Both the position numbers and the translations under genes were made by a program. This document shows, one piece after another, positions 21,402 to 31,546 of a stretch of DNA of 64,000 nucleotides. The stretch covers positions 54,114 to 118,113 of the forward strand of contig CAVUPH010000015.1 of NCBI GenBank assembly GCA_963743305.1. The letters run 5' to 3'. Each line of letters starts with the position of its first letter. Within the stretch, counting starts at the first letter, position 1. Source of the DNA: an uncultured delta proteobacterium. GTDB lineage: Bacteria > Desulfobacterota > RBG-13-43-22. The notes under the pieces are model-generated. The model had not been told where the DNA came from, did no database searches, and worked only from the letters and a program-made list of their open reading frames with translations.

Positions 21402-22100
21402 ATGAAAATAAGCGAACTGGCTGATCGGACTCGGGTCCCCAAGGAAACCATCCACTACTACCTTCGCGAAGGGGTCCTGCGGAAGCCCCGCAAGACCGGC
21501 AAGAACATCGCCGATTATAATGAAAATTACGTGGACCAGATCCGGATCATCAAACAACTCCAGGAACACTATTTTCTGCCCCTTTCGGTCATCAAAAAAA
21601 TCATCCGTCGTCATCAGAAACAGTCCCCCTCTGAAAAATATTCCCTGAATTTCTTGAGCGAATATTTTCGCCCCTTGGACCGGTTGATCGCCGTGGCCGT
21701 CACCGGACGGGAGGCTTTCCGGGAAGCCACCGGCCTGTCGGCCAAATGGTTGGAAAAGTTCGAAGCCTGGGGGGTGATCAGCTTCGAAATCCATGAGGAC
21801 CGGCCGGTGTATACCCCGGATGATGTCATTCTCGGCAAATTGATTGTCAGCATGGATCACCTGGGATTCGGTCCCCGGGACGGCTATAACCCGGAGGATT
21901 TACGGATCATTGCCGATTTTATCCGCGACTATGTCAAGAAAAGTCAGAAAAATTTTTATCGGACCAGCCTGGAGCGTCTGTCTCCGGAGGAAATTGAGGA
22001 GAAAAGTATCAAATTCAGGGAAATCATGAGCTTGTTTCTGTATCATATTTATCGGAAGCTGGTGCGGGAACAATACGGTCGGGTATTCAAATCCGCCTGA
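21402..22100 (+). CDS. MerR family transcriptional regulator
   Basis: MKISELADRTRVPKETIHYYLREGVL; second HTH-like segment FREATGLSAKWLEKFEAWGVI. Confidence 0.9.
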   Translation: MKISELADRTRVPKETIHYYLREGVLRKPRKTGKNIADYNENYVDQIRIIKQLQEHYFLPLSVIKKIIRRHQKQSPSEKYSLNFLSEYFRPLDRLIAVAVTGREAFREATGLSAKWLEKFEAWGVISFEIHEDRPVYTPDDVILGKLIVSMDHLGFGPRDGYNPEDLRIIADFIRDYVKKSQKNFYRTSLERLSPEEIEEKSIKFREIMSLFLYHIYRKLVREQYGRVFKSA

Positions 22101-22136
22101 AAAGCGGAAGAAATAAAGCAACGAAAGGAGTCTGCT

Positions 22137-23384
22137 ATGGGCGTTCACAAGCGTTTCGTTTGGCTGTTGTTTTTTTCGTTGGTGCTGGGGTGCGGGACCC
22201 TCGCTGCGGGGGCCGACAAGACGGTGACCATCGGCTTTACCGGCCCCCTGAGCGGCCCGGCCGCGGAATACGGCCAGGACTGTTACACCGGAATTGACTT
22301 GGCCATCCAAGAGATCAACGCCGCCGGAGGCATCACCGTTAAAGGGCAGAAGACGATTTTCAAGCTGGAAAAACTGGATGACCGCATCGATCCCACTCAG
22401 GCGGTCAACAACGCCCGTCGTTTCCGGGACCAGTACAAATCGCCGGCCGTCTTCAACCCCGTCTTCAATACCCTGGCGGCCCTGACCCAGGTCAACCAGG
22501 AGAAAGGCAACGAGTTCCTGATCATGGCCTACACCAGTACTCCCAAGGTGGTCCAAATGAAAAACAAGCTGCTGGCCGCCATCCCCCCGCCGTTCACCGT
22601 TTATGTCCAATCCTTCGGAAATATGGCTTGGGATCAGGGCTGGCGCAAGGGAGCCATGGTTATCACCCTGGGGGCTTACGGGGATGAATGGCGCCAGGCC
22701 TTCAAGGCCTATTGGGAAAAGAAGGGCGGAACCATTACCGCCGACAAACCCGCCAACTACTATACTGAAACCGACTTCTCCGCCCCACTCACGGCGGCCC
22801 TGGCTACCAAACCCGATTTCCTGGTAATCGGCGGACCTTCGGCGACCTCAGCCCTGGTCGTTGAGCAAGCCCGGGGCCTGGGCTTCAAAGGGGGGTTTGT
22901 GGCCATCGACCAAGCCAAGATGGACTTCATGGCCAATATCCTCAAGGGGACGAAATTGATGGAAAACCTCATCGGGGTAGTCGCGGTCGCCAGCGTTCCG
23001 GTGCCGGCTGCTCCGCCTTTTGACAAGAAGTACCGTGACACCTTCAAACGCATGAATACCTGGGAATCGGTTCTCAATTATACCGCCATGCATGCCTTGG
23101 CCAAGGCCATGGCCGCGGCCGGAACGGTGGACGATGCGAACGCCATCCGGGCGGCCCTTCCCAAGGCCTTCCCACTGCTGGGGGATAAGTTCCCGACTGA
23201 AATGTTCGGCCTGAGCGAAGACGGCCGCATGGAAGTCGCCGCGGCCGTCCAAATGATCAAGGGCGGGAAATATACCACCCCCGATCTCTACAACTGGTGG
23301 TCCAAAAGTGAAAAAGAGGTCGCCGCCATGGCCAAAATAAGCAAAACCCATGTCCCGGTTAAATGGCTCAAGGTGGACGAATAA
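22137..23384 (+). CDS. Liv-type ABC transporter substrate-binding protein
   Basis: Signal peptide, IGFTGPLSGPAAEYG, EINAAGG. Confidence 0.92.
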   Translation: MGVHKRFVWLLFFSLVLGCGTLAAGADKTVTIGFTGPLSGPAAEYGQDCYTGIDLAIQEINAAGGITVKGQKTIFKLEKLDDRIDPTQAVNNARRFRDQYKSPAVFNPVFNTLAALTQVNQEKGNEFLIMAYTSTPKVVQMKNKLLAAIPPPFTVYVQSFGNMAWDQGWRKGAMVITLGAYGDEWRQAFKAYWEKKGGTITADKPANYYTETDFSAPLTAALATKPDFLVIGGPSATSALVVEQARGLGFKGGFVAIDQAKMDFMANILKGTKLMENLIGVVAVASVPVPAAPPFDKKYRDTFKRMNTWESVLNYTAMHALAKAMAAAGTVDDANAIRAALPKAFPLLGDKFPTEMFGLSEDGRMEVAAAVQMIKGGKYTTPDLYNWWSKSEKEVAAMAKISKTHVPVKWLKVDE

Positions 23385-23392
23385 AATATATC

Positions 23393-23507
23393 AGGGTATC
23401 GGGTAGGGTATCGGGGGTAGGGTTGGTGGAGAAAACGGTGGCCATTCTTCCTGGTTCCTGGGAAATTTTGCTTTTTCCCCTTATACCCTACCCCCTACAC
23501 CCTACCG
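23393..23507. repeat. Heptamer-periodic inverted array (AGGGTAT/GGGGGTA ... TACCCCC/TACACCC)
   Basis: agggtatcgggtagggtatcgggggtaggg ... cccttataccctaccccctacaccctacc. Confidence 0.65.
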
Positions 23508-23532
23508 CCTTAAAATTTTAGGCGATCTATCC

Positions 23533-24396
23533 ATGGACCTTTTCCTCCAGCAGATTTTTAACGGGATCATGTTGGGAAGTACCTATGCCATCGTGGCCCT
23601 GGGGCTGACGCTGGTCTTCGGGATCCTCCACATTCCCAACTTCGCCCACGGCCACCTGTACATGCTGGGGGCCTATGTCAGTTATTTCTTGATCAGTCGC
23701 TATGATTTCGGTTTCTGGAGCGCCCTGCTGGCCTCGGCCGTCTTCCTGGCCTTTATGGGCATAGTCGTGGAACGGTTGGTTTTTCGCCCCCTCCGCCACC
23801 AGCCGGCCATCAACTCCTTCATTTCGGCCGTAGGGGCCTTGGTGGTCCTGGAAAACGGTGTGGTGGCCCTTTGGGGTCCCCAGGGAAAGCGCATTCCCAA
23901 TCCTTATCCCGATCCGGTGGAATGGCTGGGTATTACCATGACGCAGCAGCGCCTGCTGCTGATCCTCGTTACCCTGGCCTTGATCTTCCTGCTTCAATTA
24001 TTTATCAAAAAAACCACCCTGGGCAGCACCATCGAGGCCGTGGCCCAGGACCGGGAAGGCGCCCAGTTGGTAGGCATCAACGTCAACCGGGTTTCTTCCC
24101 TGACCTTCGCTATCTCGACAGCCATGGCCGCCGTCGCCGCCTCCCTGGTGGCCCCGATTTTCATGATTTCCCCGAGCATGGGCGTTCTGGTGGGGATGAA
24201 GGCCTTTGTCATAGTCATCCTGGGCGGGTTGGGGAGCATCCCCGGGGCCATTGTCGGTGGTATGATCCTGGGTTTGATCGAAGCCCTGGGCGGAGGCTAT
24301 TTATCCGCCGCCTATAAGGACGTTTTCGCCTTCGGCGCCCTGATCTTGATTTTAACCATCAAGCCCACCGGCCTGTTCGGCCGCGATAGGCACTAA
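23533..24396 (+). CDS. LivH-like ABC permease
   Basis: ALGLTLVFGILHIPNFAHG, KAFVIVILGGLGSIPGA, KPTGLFG. Confidence 0.93.
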   Translation: MDLFLQQIFNGIMLGSTYAIVALGLTLVFGILHIPNFAHGHLYMLGAYVSYFLISRYDFGFWSALLASAVFLAFMGIVVERLVFRPLRHQPAINSFISAVGALVVLENGVVALWGPQGKRIPNPYPDPVEWLGITMTQQRLLLILVTLALIFLLQLFIKKTTLGSTIEAVAQDREGAQLVGINVNRVSSLTFAISTAMAAVAASLVAPIFMISPSMGVLVGMKAFVIVILGGLGSIPGAIVGGMILGLIEALGGGYLSAAYKDVFAFGALILILTIKPTGLFGRDRH

Positions 24397-24426
24397 TGAT
24401 CTCAAAGTTCCTTCACCCACTCCATG

Positions 24427-24573
24427 GTCATTCTGAGTCCCGCGATAGCGCGGGACGAAGAATCTCGTTTTCTTTCACCAGGTCCGAGATCCTTCACGGA
24501 GTTTACCCTGAGCCGAAAGACGAGACCCTTCGTTTCACTCAGGGTGACAGAAAGGCGAAGGGTTCAGGATGAC
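24427..24573. repeat. GTCATTCTGAG...CAGGATGAC palindromic element with a nested second copy
   Basis: GTCATTCTGAGTCCCGCG..CGCGGGACGAAGAATCTC ... GAGATCCTTC..ACCCTGAG..CTCAGGGTGAC..GAAGGGTTCAGGATGAC. Confidence 0.75.
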
Positions 24574-24633
24574 GGACGAAGGAGGCAAGGTGCGACGAGA
24601 AACCCTTTGGTTAAACATCGCTGATTTTATCGT

Positions 24634-25605
24634 ATGAAAATATTCCTGAAAAAATGGCCTTATCTGCTGCTCCTGGCGGCCGCCATCCTGCTGCCCTGGT
24701 TCATGCCCAGCCGCTATGTGTTTCAGATCGTCATCAACAGCGCCCTCTTTTCCATTGCCGCCTTGAGCCTGAACCTCATTCTGGGATACACCGGACAGAT
24801 GTCCCTGGCCCATGCCGGTTTTTTCGCTATCGGGGCCTACGGAGTGGCCCTGTTGACCACGGCCGGACTTTCCTTCTGGCTCTCCCTGCCGCTATCCGCT
24901 TTTCTGGCCGCCGGCATCGGCTTTTTCGTGGGTCTGCCTGCCTTGCGGACCCGGGGCTCCTATTTCGCCATCGCCACCATGTGCTTCGGGATCATGATGG
25001 AGATCATTGCCGGAAACTGGATCACCCTGACCGGTGGCCACAGCGGCATCGTGGGCATCCCCCGGCCCACACCCCTGCCGCTTCCCGGTCTGGGCCCGGT
25101 CAACTTCGAAGGCCAGACCGCCCAGTATTTTCTGGTATTGGCTTCTCTTTTGATCACACTGGCCGTGATGTACCGTCTGGTTTTTTCACTCACCGGTCTA
25201 AGTTTCATGGCGGTCCGGAACAACGAGATCCTGGCTGAGTCTCTGGGCATCAACAGCTTCGCCACAAAAATGCTCTCCTTCCTGGTCGCCAACTTTTTTG
25301 CCGGGCTGGCCGGAGGGATTTATGCCGCCTTGATCGGCAGCATCAGCCCCACCGTGGCTTCCTTGACCATCACCTTCAACCTGCTGATCTTCGTCCTATT
25401 GGGAGGACTGGCCTCCCTGGCCGGGCCCATTCTCGGCACCTTGCTTATCACCATCCTCCTGGAATATTTGCAATTTCTTCAGGAATACAGCCAGATTATC
25501 TTTGGCGTGCTGTTGATCCTGGTCATCATTTATTTCCCTTTCGGCTTCCTGGGGGCACTACGAACCTGGCGAAAGAAGCTCGGTTGGCGACCTTCGGAAG
25601 GGTAA
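24634..25605 (+). CDS. LivM-like ABC permease
   Basis: SLNLILGYTGQMSLAHAGFFAIGAY, YFAIAT, LGGLASLAGPILG. Confidence 0.93.
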   Translation: MKIFLKKWPYLLLLAAAILLPWFMPSRYVFQIVINSALFSIAALSLNLILGYTGQMSLAHAGFFAIGAYGVALLTTAGLSFWLSLPLSAFLAAGIGFFVGLPALRTRGSYFAIATMCFGIMMEIIAGNWITLTGGHSGIVGIPRPTPLPLPGLGPVNFEGQTAQYFLVLASLLITLAVMYRLVFSLTGLSFMAVRNNEILAESLGINSFATKMLSFLVANFFAGLAGGIYAALIGSISPTVASLTITFNLLIFVLLGGLASLAGPILGTLLITILLEYLQFLQEYSQIIFGVLLILVIIYFPFGFLGALRTWRKKLGWRPSEG

Positions 25606-25617
25606 GCGGACCGATTG

Positions 25618-26382
25618 ATGCTGTTAAAAGTGGAAAATCTGGTTAAACATTTTGAAGGCTTGATGGCCATCAATGACGTATCATTTGCTATCCAGGCCGG
25701 GGAGATCCTGACCATCATCGGGCCCAACGGGGCCGGTAAATCGGTACTTTTCAACCTGATCAGCGGACTGCTTCGCCCTTCGGAAGGCCGCATCTCCTTT
25801 AATGGACAGGACATCAGCACCTGGAAACCCTACCGGGTCGCCCGCCAGGGCATTACCCGAACCTTCCAAACCACCTCCCTGTTTGATCAACTGCGGGTGG
25901 TGGACAACTTGGCCATCGGGTATAAGCTTCGGACCGGATCCGGATTCTGGGGAGCCCTTTCCCGTTCCCGAAGCTGGAAGAAGGACCGGGAAAAGACGAC
26001 GACGAAAGTCATCGAAATTCTGCAGTTCACCGGCCTGACCGGCAAGGCTCGCCAGTTGGTCTCTACCCTTTCCCAGGGCGAGCAGAAAAGGCTGGCCATC
26101 GGGATCGCCTTGATCAGCGAACCCCGTTTGCTGTTGCTGGACGAGCCGACCGGCGGGTTGATCCAGGAGGATACGGATGCGGTCACCGAGCTGATTCGCA
26201 GGATCTCCCAGACCGGGACCACGGTCTGCTTGATCGAACATAAGATGCGCATGGTCATGGATCTGGCCCACCGAATCATCGTCTTGAACTACGGCAGTAA
26301 AATCGCGGAAGGGACGCCCGCAGAAATCAGCGGTCACCCCGAGGTGATTGCCGCCTACCTGGGGAGGAAGCCCCTTGCTTAA
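25618..26382 (+). CDS. LivG-like ABC ATPase
   Basis: GPNGAGKS, LLLDEPTGG, VIAAYLG. Confidence 0.93.
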   Translation: MLLKVENLVKHFEGLMAINDVSFAIQAGEILTIIGPNGAGKSVLFNLISGLLRPSEGRISFNGQDISTWKPYRVARQGITRTFQTTSLFDQLRVVDNLAIGYKLRTGSGFWGALSRSRSWKKDREKTTTKVIEILQFTGLTGKARQLVSTLSQGEQKRLAIGIALISEPRLLLLDEPTGGLIQEDTDAVTELIRRISQTGTTVCLIEHKMRMVMDLAHRIIVLNYGSKIAEGTPAEISGHPEVIAAYLGRKPLA

Positions 26383-27082
26383 GCTTTCCAACATTTCTAC
26401 CCGACTGGGGGGATTTCAAGTTATTGACGGAGTCTCTCTGGAAATTCAAACGGGGGAAATCGTGGCCCTGCTGGGGGGCAATGGAGCCGGAAAAAGCTCT
26501 CTTTTTCGGACCATTGTCGGCGTGCTGCCGGTACTTCAGGGAACCATCGAATTCAAGGGGTCCCCCATCCAAAAGCTGTCGCCCGACAAGATTGTGGCCT
26601 CCGGGTTGGTTCTTTGTCCGGAAGGTCGTCACTTGTTTCCTCACCTCACCGTTCAAAAAAATCTGCTGTTGGGAGGATATACCCGGCGAAAGAATAAACC
26701 TTTATTGCAGCAGACGCTGGAACAGGTCTTTGAGCTCTTTCCCCTTCTCCAAGACCGGCAAAAACAACTGGCCGGAACTTTCAGCGGCGGCCAGCAGCAG
26801 ATGCTGGCCATCGGCCGGGCACTGATGGCCCGACCGGAACTGCTGCTGCTGGATGAGCCCTCCTTGGGTCTGGCCCCTTTGGTAGTTGAACACATTGCCG
26901 AAGCCATTCAGACCATCAACCGGATGGGGACCACGGTTTTCCTCTCGGAACAGAATGCGCAAGTGGCCCTCATGATCACCCAGCGCGGATACGTGCTGGA
27001 AAACGGCAAAATGGTACTGGAAGGGACCAATGAGGAATTGATGAACAACGATCAGGTCAAGCGGGCCTATCTGGGGATTTGA
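26375..27082 (+). CDS. LivF-like ABC ATPase
   Basis: GGNGAGKS, FSGGQQQMLAIGRALM, LDEPSLGLAP; TTG start after GGAGG. Confidence 0.92.
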   Translation: MLKLSNISTRLGGFQVIDGVSLEIQTGEIVALLGGNGAGKSSLFRTIVGVLPVLQGTIEFKGSPIQKLSPDKIVASGLVLCPEGRHLFPHLTVQKNLLLGGYTRRKNKPLLQQTLEQVFELFPLLQDRQKQLAGTFSGGQQQMLAIGRALMARPELLLLDEPSLGLAPLVVEHIAEAIQTINRMGTTVFLSEQNAQVALMITQRGYVLENGKMVLEGTNEELMNNDQVKRAYLGI

Positions 27083-27124
27083 TTTTTTTTGGGGCTCGCG
27101 AAAAGTATTTGGAGGTCTAAAACG

Positions 27125-27208
27125 ATGCAGAGGAAAACAGAACTCGCGGAACCCCGAGACAAAATCATGAGTTCCCGAGAAGCCCTCGAAAAATTGGGGC
27201 CGGGTTAG
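27125..27208 (+). pseudogene. 27-codon micro-ORF, possible CoA-transferase N-terminal remnant
   Basis: GGAGGT RBS, then MQRKTELAEPRDKIMSSREALEKLGPG*; resemblance judged by eye only. Confidence 0.3.
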
Positions 27209-27332
27209 ATCCTATAATGCCAGGTGGAAAACCCTTTCGCCGAGACCAGACGGCCATACCCGATCTAGGGGGTACCCACCCAAAAGGGCGAAGCGTCACT
27301 TGATTAACTGTTTGACAGAAACTCAAATTTCG

Positions 27333-27457
27333 CAGGTTGCTCAAAAAGGTCCAGATACAAGGCGGCCGAAATGACTTGGAAGGAGACGTAGTTAGATCTA
27401 CGTCGGAATGACCAGGGATGAGGCAAACGCAGTAGATGGGCCTTTTTCAGCAATCTG
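27333..27457. mobile_element. MITE-like element with ~20-bp terminal inverted repeats
   Basis: CAGGTTGCTCAAAAAGGTCC ... GGGCCTTTTTCAGCAATCTG, internal hairpin GACGTAG..CTACGTC; abuts the TetR stop codon. Confidence 0.65.
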
Positions 27458-28180
27458 TTACCCTTTCAAACTCTTTTTTGCTTTGAGGGCTCCGGCCATC
27501 TTGCCTTCCCCCTTGGGGCTGATTTTATTTTCCCCCTGAGGTTCGCTTTCACTCAAGACCACTCTCAGATTCCAGTCCTTTCCCCCGTCTCGCGCCTTGA
27601 TCCCGCCGACAATCAGTTCGGTCAGGGGGTCCACCAATTCCACCAGATTTTCCGGTTTGCCGAGGAGCACCTGCCGGGTTACTTGATGCTCGATCGTTCC
27701 CAGGATAGCGGAACGTATCAAGAAGGGATCGATATCGGATCGGAATTCTCCGCTGGCTATCCCTTCCTTGATGACGTCGAGCAGGACCCGGGAGAGCTCC
27801 TGGACATCCTTATAGGCTTCCGTCTCCACAAACTTCCGGTTGGATTTAAGGATCAACATGGCCACGGAGGCGTAGTCTGGATGATCTTGATAAAAGCTGA
27901 GATGGTTGTGGATGTAGGCCCGGATCCTATCCGCCGAACTCCGGATAAATCGGAGCAGGTATTCGAGGTTATCCTTGCCGCGCCGGGCCGTGGCCCCGGG
28001 TATTAAAAAAAGGAGCTCTTCCTTTGAAGTGAAATAATCGTAAATGGTGGCTTCCGAGACCTTGGCCTCTCGGGCCACGTCGGAGATGGTGGCTTCCTGG
28101 TATCCCTTCTCCGCAAAGGTCCGCTCGGCCGCCTGCAAAATCTGCTCTTTTCGGGTCTGTAATTTTTTTTGAACAGCCAA
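27458..28180 (-). CDS. TetR/AcrR family regulator
   Basis: FAEKGYQEATISDVAREAKVSEATIYDYFTSKEELL. Confidence 0.92.
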   Translation of the reverse strand: MAVQKKLQTRKEQILQAAERTFAEKGYQEATISDVAREAKVSEATIYDYFTSKEELLFLIPGATARRGKDNLEYLLRFIRSSADRIRAYIHNHLSFYQDHPDYASVAMLILKSNRKFVETEAYKDVQELSRVLLDVIKEGIASGEFRSDIDPFLIRSAILGTIEHQVTRQVLLGKPENLVELVDPLTELIVGGIKARDGGKDWNLRVVLSESEPQGENKISPKGEGKMAGALKAKKSLKG

Positions 28181-28198
28181 GGCCTTTCCCCTTTTCGG

Positions 28199-29527
28199 TC
28201 AACCGACCCGAAAAAAAGTTTCATCGAATTCGGGCCGCCCCTGGTAGCGTTGCAGAAAGAAACCCGGCAGTTGATCGAAACTTTCAAAAAGACCGGGGTT
28301 GGCCTCGATACCCGCCTGATGGAGGGCTTTGACCAGGTCATCCATTTTGGGCGGACAGCCCTTGATGGCGATCATTTCTTGTATATTCGGGTCTTTTTTA
28401 TTGGCCTCATAGATGCACTGGCCGACGAGGATGGTTTTCTTCTTCCCCGGTGTGGGCTTCATCATCTTTCCGGTCAGCACCTCCACTTCGTCCCAGGGCT
28501 GGCCTTTCCAGGCCTGGCGGATGGCGGTCAGCATCAGCCCGTTGATCCCGGAACAGTAGGTGCACATGGACAAGTCGTATTTGTGGTAGGTCAGGCCCTG
28601 AAGGCCTTGCTTGGCCAGTGGGACCGGCATGGTCCCGCTTTCATTGGAAACATACGCAAAATCGTATTCGTGCCGGGAGGCCACGGCTTCCAGTGGTTCC
28701 CCGACCAGATCGATGTCGGAGAGATCCAGGGGCCGGCCCTGGTTTCGGGCGGCGTGCACCAGATGCGGGACCTCAACCGGTTCGTACCCCAAAACCTTAG
28801 CCCCCACCAGGTCGGCGGAAAGCAGATCGGACGAGGCCACCAGGATATTGCTGCGGCGGATTTTGCCGTCAAAACTGGGGCCCCGCTCGTTGGTATAGAT
28901 CCCGTCCAACAGGGCAAAGACCGGGGGAATCTGATCCGAAAGCCGGGCGATAAGGTAATTGAGATCTTTCTTTGGATCGGCGCTATGACACTTCTTCCGG
29001 GAAGGGATATTTAAGACCCCCTTCAGATTTTTGATACCCAGGCTGACCACCGCCTGGTTGTGCGTCTTAAGCACGGGCAGATCCACGACAAAATCGCTGT
29101 CCAGAAAATCGCCGCTGAATTGAAGCACGATCCCCTCCCCCAGATCGACTTTTTTGAAGGGCCGCTCGAAGACATTGAGGCACTTGACTCCGTAGCGTCT
29201 TTCCAGCGCCCGATAGCCCAGGGTTTCGAAGGCGTGGGCCGGGGTTTCCGTGTCCTTGGGGTTCATGGTTACCGTGCCTTCGCCGATGGTGATGTCGTCA
29301 ATCCCCCTTTCCTTGAGCAGGACCACTATATCCTCGACCACCCGCGAGGTGGTAATAACCCCCCACTTGGGAAAAGGCACCACCCGGGTCCAGAAGACAA
29401 TGTTCGGTTTAATAAAGACCTTGGCCCGGGCTGGAAGCCGGTCCAGTCCCCGGGAAAGAGCAACGGCCCGTCGGACCGATTCTCCGGGAGCTTCATAGCG
29501 GACGATAGCAACGGTATACGGTTTCAT
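28199..29527 (-). CDS. DUF362-domain Fe-S protein, paralogue 2
   Basis: Colinear and highly similar to 14197-15519 (FIKPNIVFWTR..PFPKWGVITTSRVVED, MCTYCSG, GQCI, IKGCPP). Confidence 0.85.
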   Translation of the reverse strand: MKPYTVAIVRYEAPGESVRRAVALSRGLDRLPARAKVFIKPNIVFWTRVVPFPKWGVITTSRVVEDIVVLLKERGIDDITIGEGTVTMNPKDTETPAHAFETLGYRALERRYGVKCLNVFERPFKKVDLGEGIVLQFSGDFLDSDFVVDLPVLKTHNQAVVSLGIKNLKGVLNIPSRKKCHSADPKKDLNYLIARLSDQIPPVFALLDGIYTNERGPSFDGKIRRSNILVASSDLLSADLVGAKVLGYEPVEVPHLVHAARNQGRPLDLSDIDLVGEPLEAVASRHEYDFAYVSNESGTMPVPLAKQGLQGLTYHKYDLSMCTYCSGINGLMLTAIRQAWKGQPWDEVEVLTGKMMKPTPGKKKTILVGQCIYEANKKDPNIQEMIAIKGCPPKMDDLVKALHQAGIEANPGLFESFDQLPGFFLQRYQGRPEFDETFFRVG

Positions 29528-30067
29528 GTTTTTACTCCTGCCTCATTCGACTGATCCTTTCGATCCCCCTAAACGAACAGCCCGGGGTGAAGAAAGGTTG
29601 GGTTGGCCTGGGTTCGATCCTGCCGCCCCATAAGCGGAGGTCGAAGTTTTGGAGTCCTGACTTGATTATTTTTGATTTTTTACACAGTGGATTTTATTTT
29701 CATCTATTTTTGAAAAAGTCTATAGAAAATGTCAAGATAAAAAAAAGTTGCCCTGCGGAAAACGGAAAAAAGCCTTGACTTTAAAAAGAGCAATTGGTAA
29801 TAAAATCCGAAAACGGTTTGCAGTTGAAATCCTATTTCCAGCAAGCGCCTTTTTCATTCTAGACCATCTTGAATCAGTTGTTCCCGTTTCCGTCCCGGGA
29901 GTTAAAAGAAGTATACTTTTTAACCTGGATGAACTGGCTTTAAGGATGACCATGGGTAAAGGTGTCCCTCCCTAACCGCTTTTCATTCCCTCAATGGCTC
30001 TTGACGGTGTTCCCTGTCATTTCCGTCCCGTAACTTTAAATTGTCTAATCAAAAGGAGGAGGAAAGG

Positions 30068-31373
30068 ATGATGAAGAAACGAACTGTTGGATGGACTTTT
30101 TTTCTGGTCGTCAGTCTGGTCGTACTGGCGTTATCTCTCGCCGTAGAGGCCAAAACCATTAAAATCGGTGTGATCGGACCGATGCAGAGTATAGAAGGAA
30201 AGCACCATTGGGATGGCGCCACTATGGCCGCTGAGGAGATCAATGCCAAAGGAGGCGTCCAGGTCGGCAAGGAAAAAATGAAAATCGAGCTGGTCAAGGC
30301 CGACTCGAATGAAGATAAGAACCCCGCCGATGCCGCCAACGCCATGGAACGCTTAATGACCAGAGACAAGGTGGATTTTGTAGTCGGCGGTTTCAGGACT
30401 GAGGGCGTTCTGCCCATGCAGGACATCGCTATGGACTATAAGAAGATCTTTATAGGCTGCGGTGCCGCCAGCGATTCGATCTGCGATCGGGTTGGCAAAG
30501 ATTATAACCGCTACAAATATTTCTTCCGGGGCACCCCCTTCAAGTCCAGTTATCTGGCGCGAACCAGTTTTGCCCATCTGGGCTTATGCGCAGCAGTCAT
30601 TAAGAAGGAATTGAATGTCCCCGTCAAAGTCGCTGTCGTGGCCGAGAAGCTGGCCTGGACCGAAGGCATGGTCAAAGCCGCCCAGGGTATTATTCCCAAG
30701 ATGGGCTTGGAGCTGGTCGGGGTATGGCAGCCTTCCTCCCTGGCCACGGATGTCACCGCCGAGCTTTCGGCAATACAAAAGAGCGGGGCCAACTTGATCT
30801 TTACCATTTTCTCGGGATCGGTTGGAATTACCTTTGCCCGGCAGGCTGGGGAACTCAAGATCCCCGCCCTCCAAGTGGGCATCAATGTCGAATCCCAAAA
30901 GGAAGGTTTTTGGGAAGCCACTAAGGGTATGGGGAATTATGTCTTTACCATGAACACCTATGCCCGGGGGATTGAATATAATGAACTGACAAAACCATTT
31001 ATGGACCACTACATTAAGGAGTTTAAGCAGGTTCCAACCTATACGGCCGACACCTATTCCGCCATCATCTATAGCCTGGTCCCAAGCATCGAGGCCGTAG
31101 GGAGTCTGGATGCCGATAAGATCAGTCGCCCACCTGGAGAACCGGACGTATAAGGTCCCCAGCGGGGTCGTCAAATATGAAAAGAATGCCCAAGGAGTAC
31201 CGACCCACGATTTGACCTGGGGCCCGGGCTACCTGACCAGCCTTGGCGTCCAGTGGCAGGATGGTAAACTTGTTGGAGTTTGGCCTAATAAGTGGAAGCC
31301 CACCCCGGATGCCCCGGAGGTCACTTATAAAGGGATGGTCCCAGTTAAGCTGCCCCCCTGGATGAAAAAGTAG
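30068..31373 (+). CDS. Liv-type ABC substrate-binding protein, frameshift ~31125
   Basis: GGAGG RBS, signal peptide, IKIGVIGP, EINAKGG; C-terminus continues in ORF 31110-31373 (GVQWQDGKLVGVWP). Confidence 0.88.
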
Positions 31374-31436
31374 TAACCATAGAATCGAATAGTAGATCCT
31401 CCTTGGATCCGAAAAGGTAACGTTGCCGAAACCATT

Positions 31437-31489
31437 GTTGCGAGTTGCGGGTTGAAAGCCTTTGAGCCGACAACCCGTAACCCGTAACG
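31437..31489. repeat. Heptamer-periodic inverted array (GTTGCGR / YAACCCG)
   Basis: gttgcga gttgcgg gttg ... caacccg taacccg taac. Confidence 0.65.
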
Positions 31490-31546
31490 GTGATATTTCA
31501 GGCTCCCGTTCTTTTTACAAGAGAAAAAGCATTTTTTTGAGGCCTT

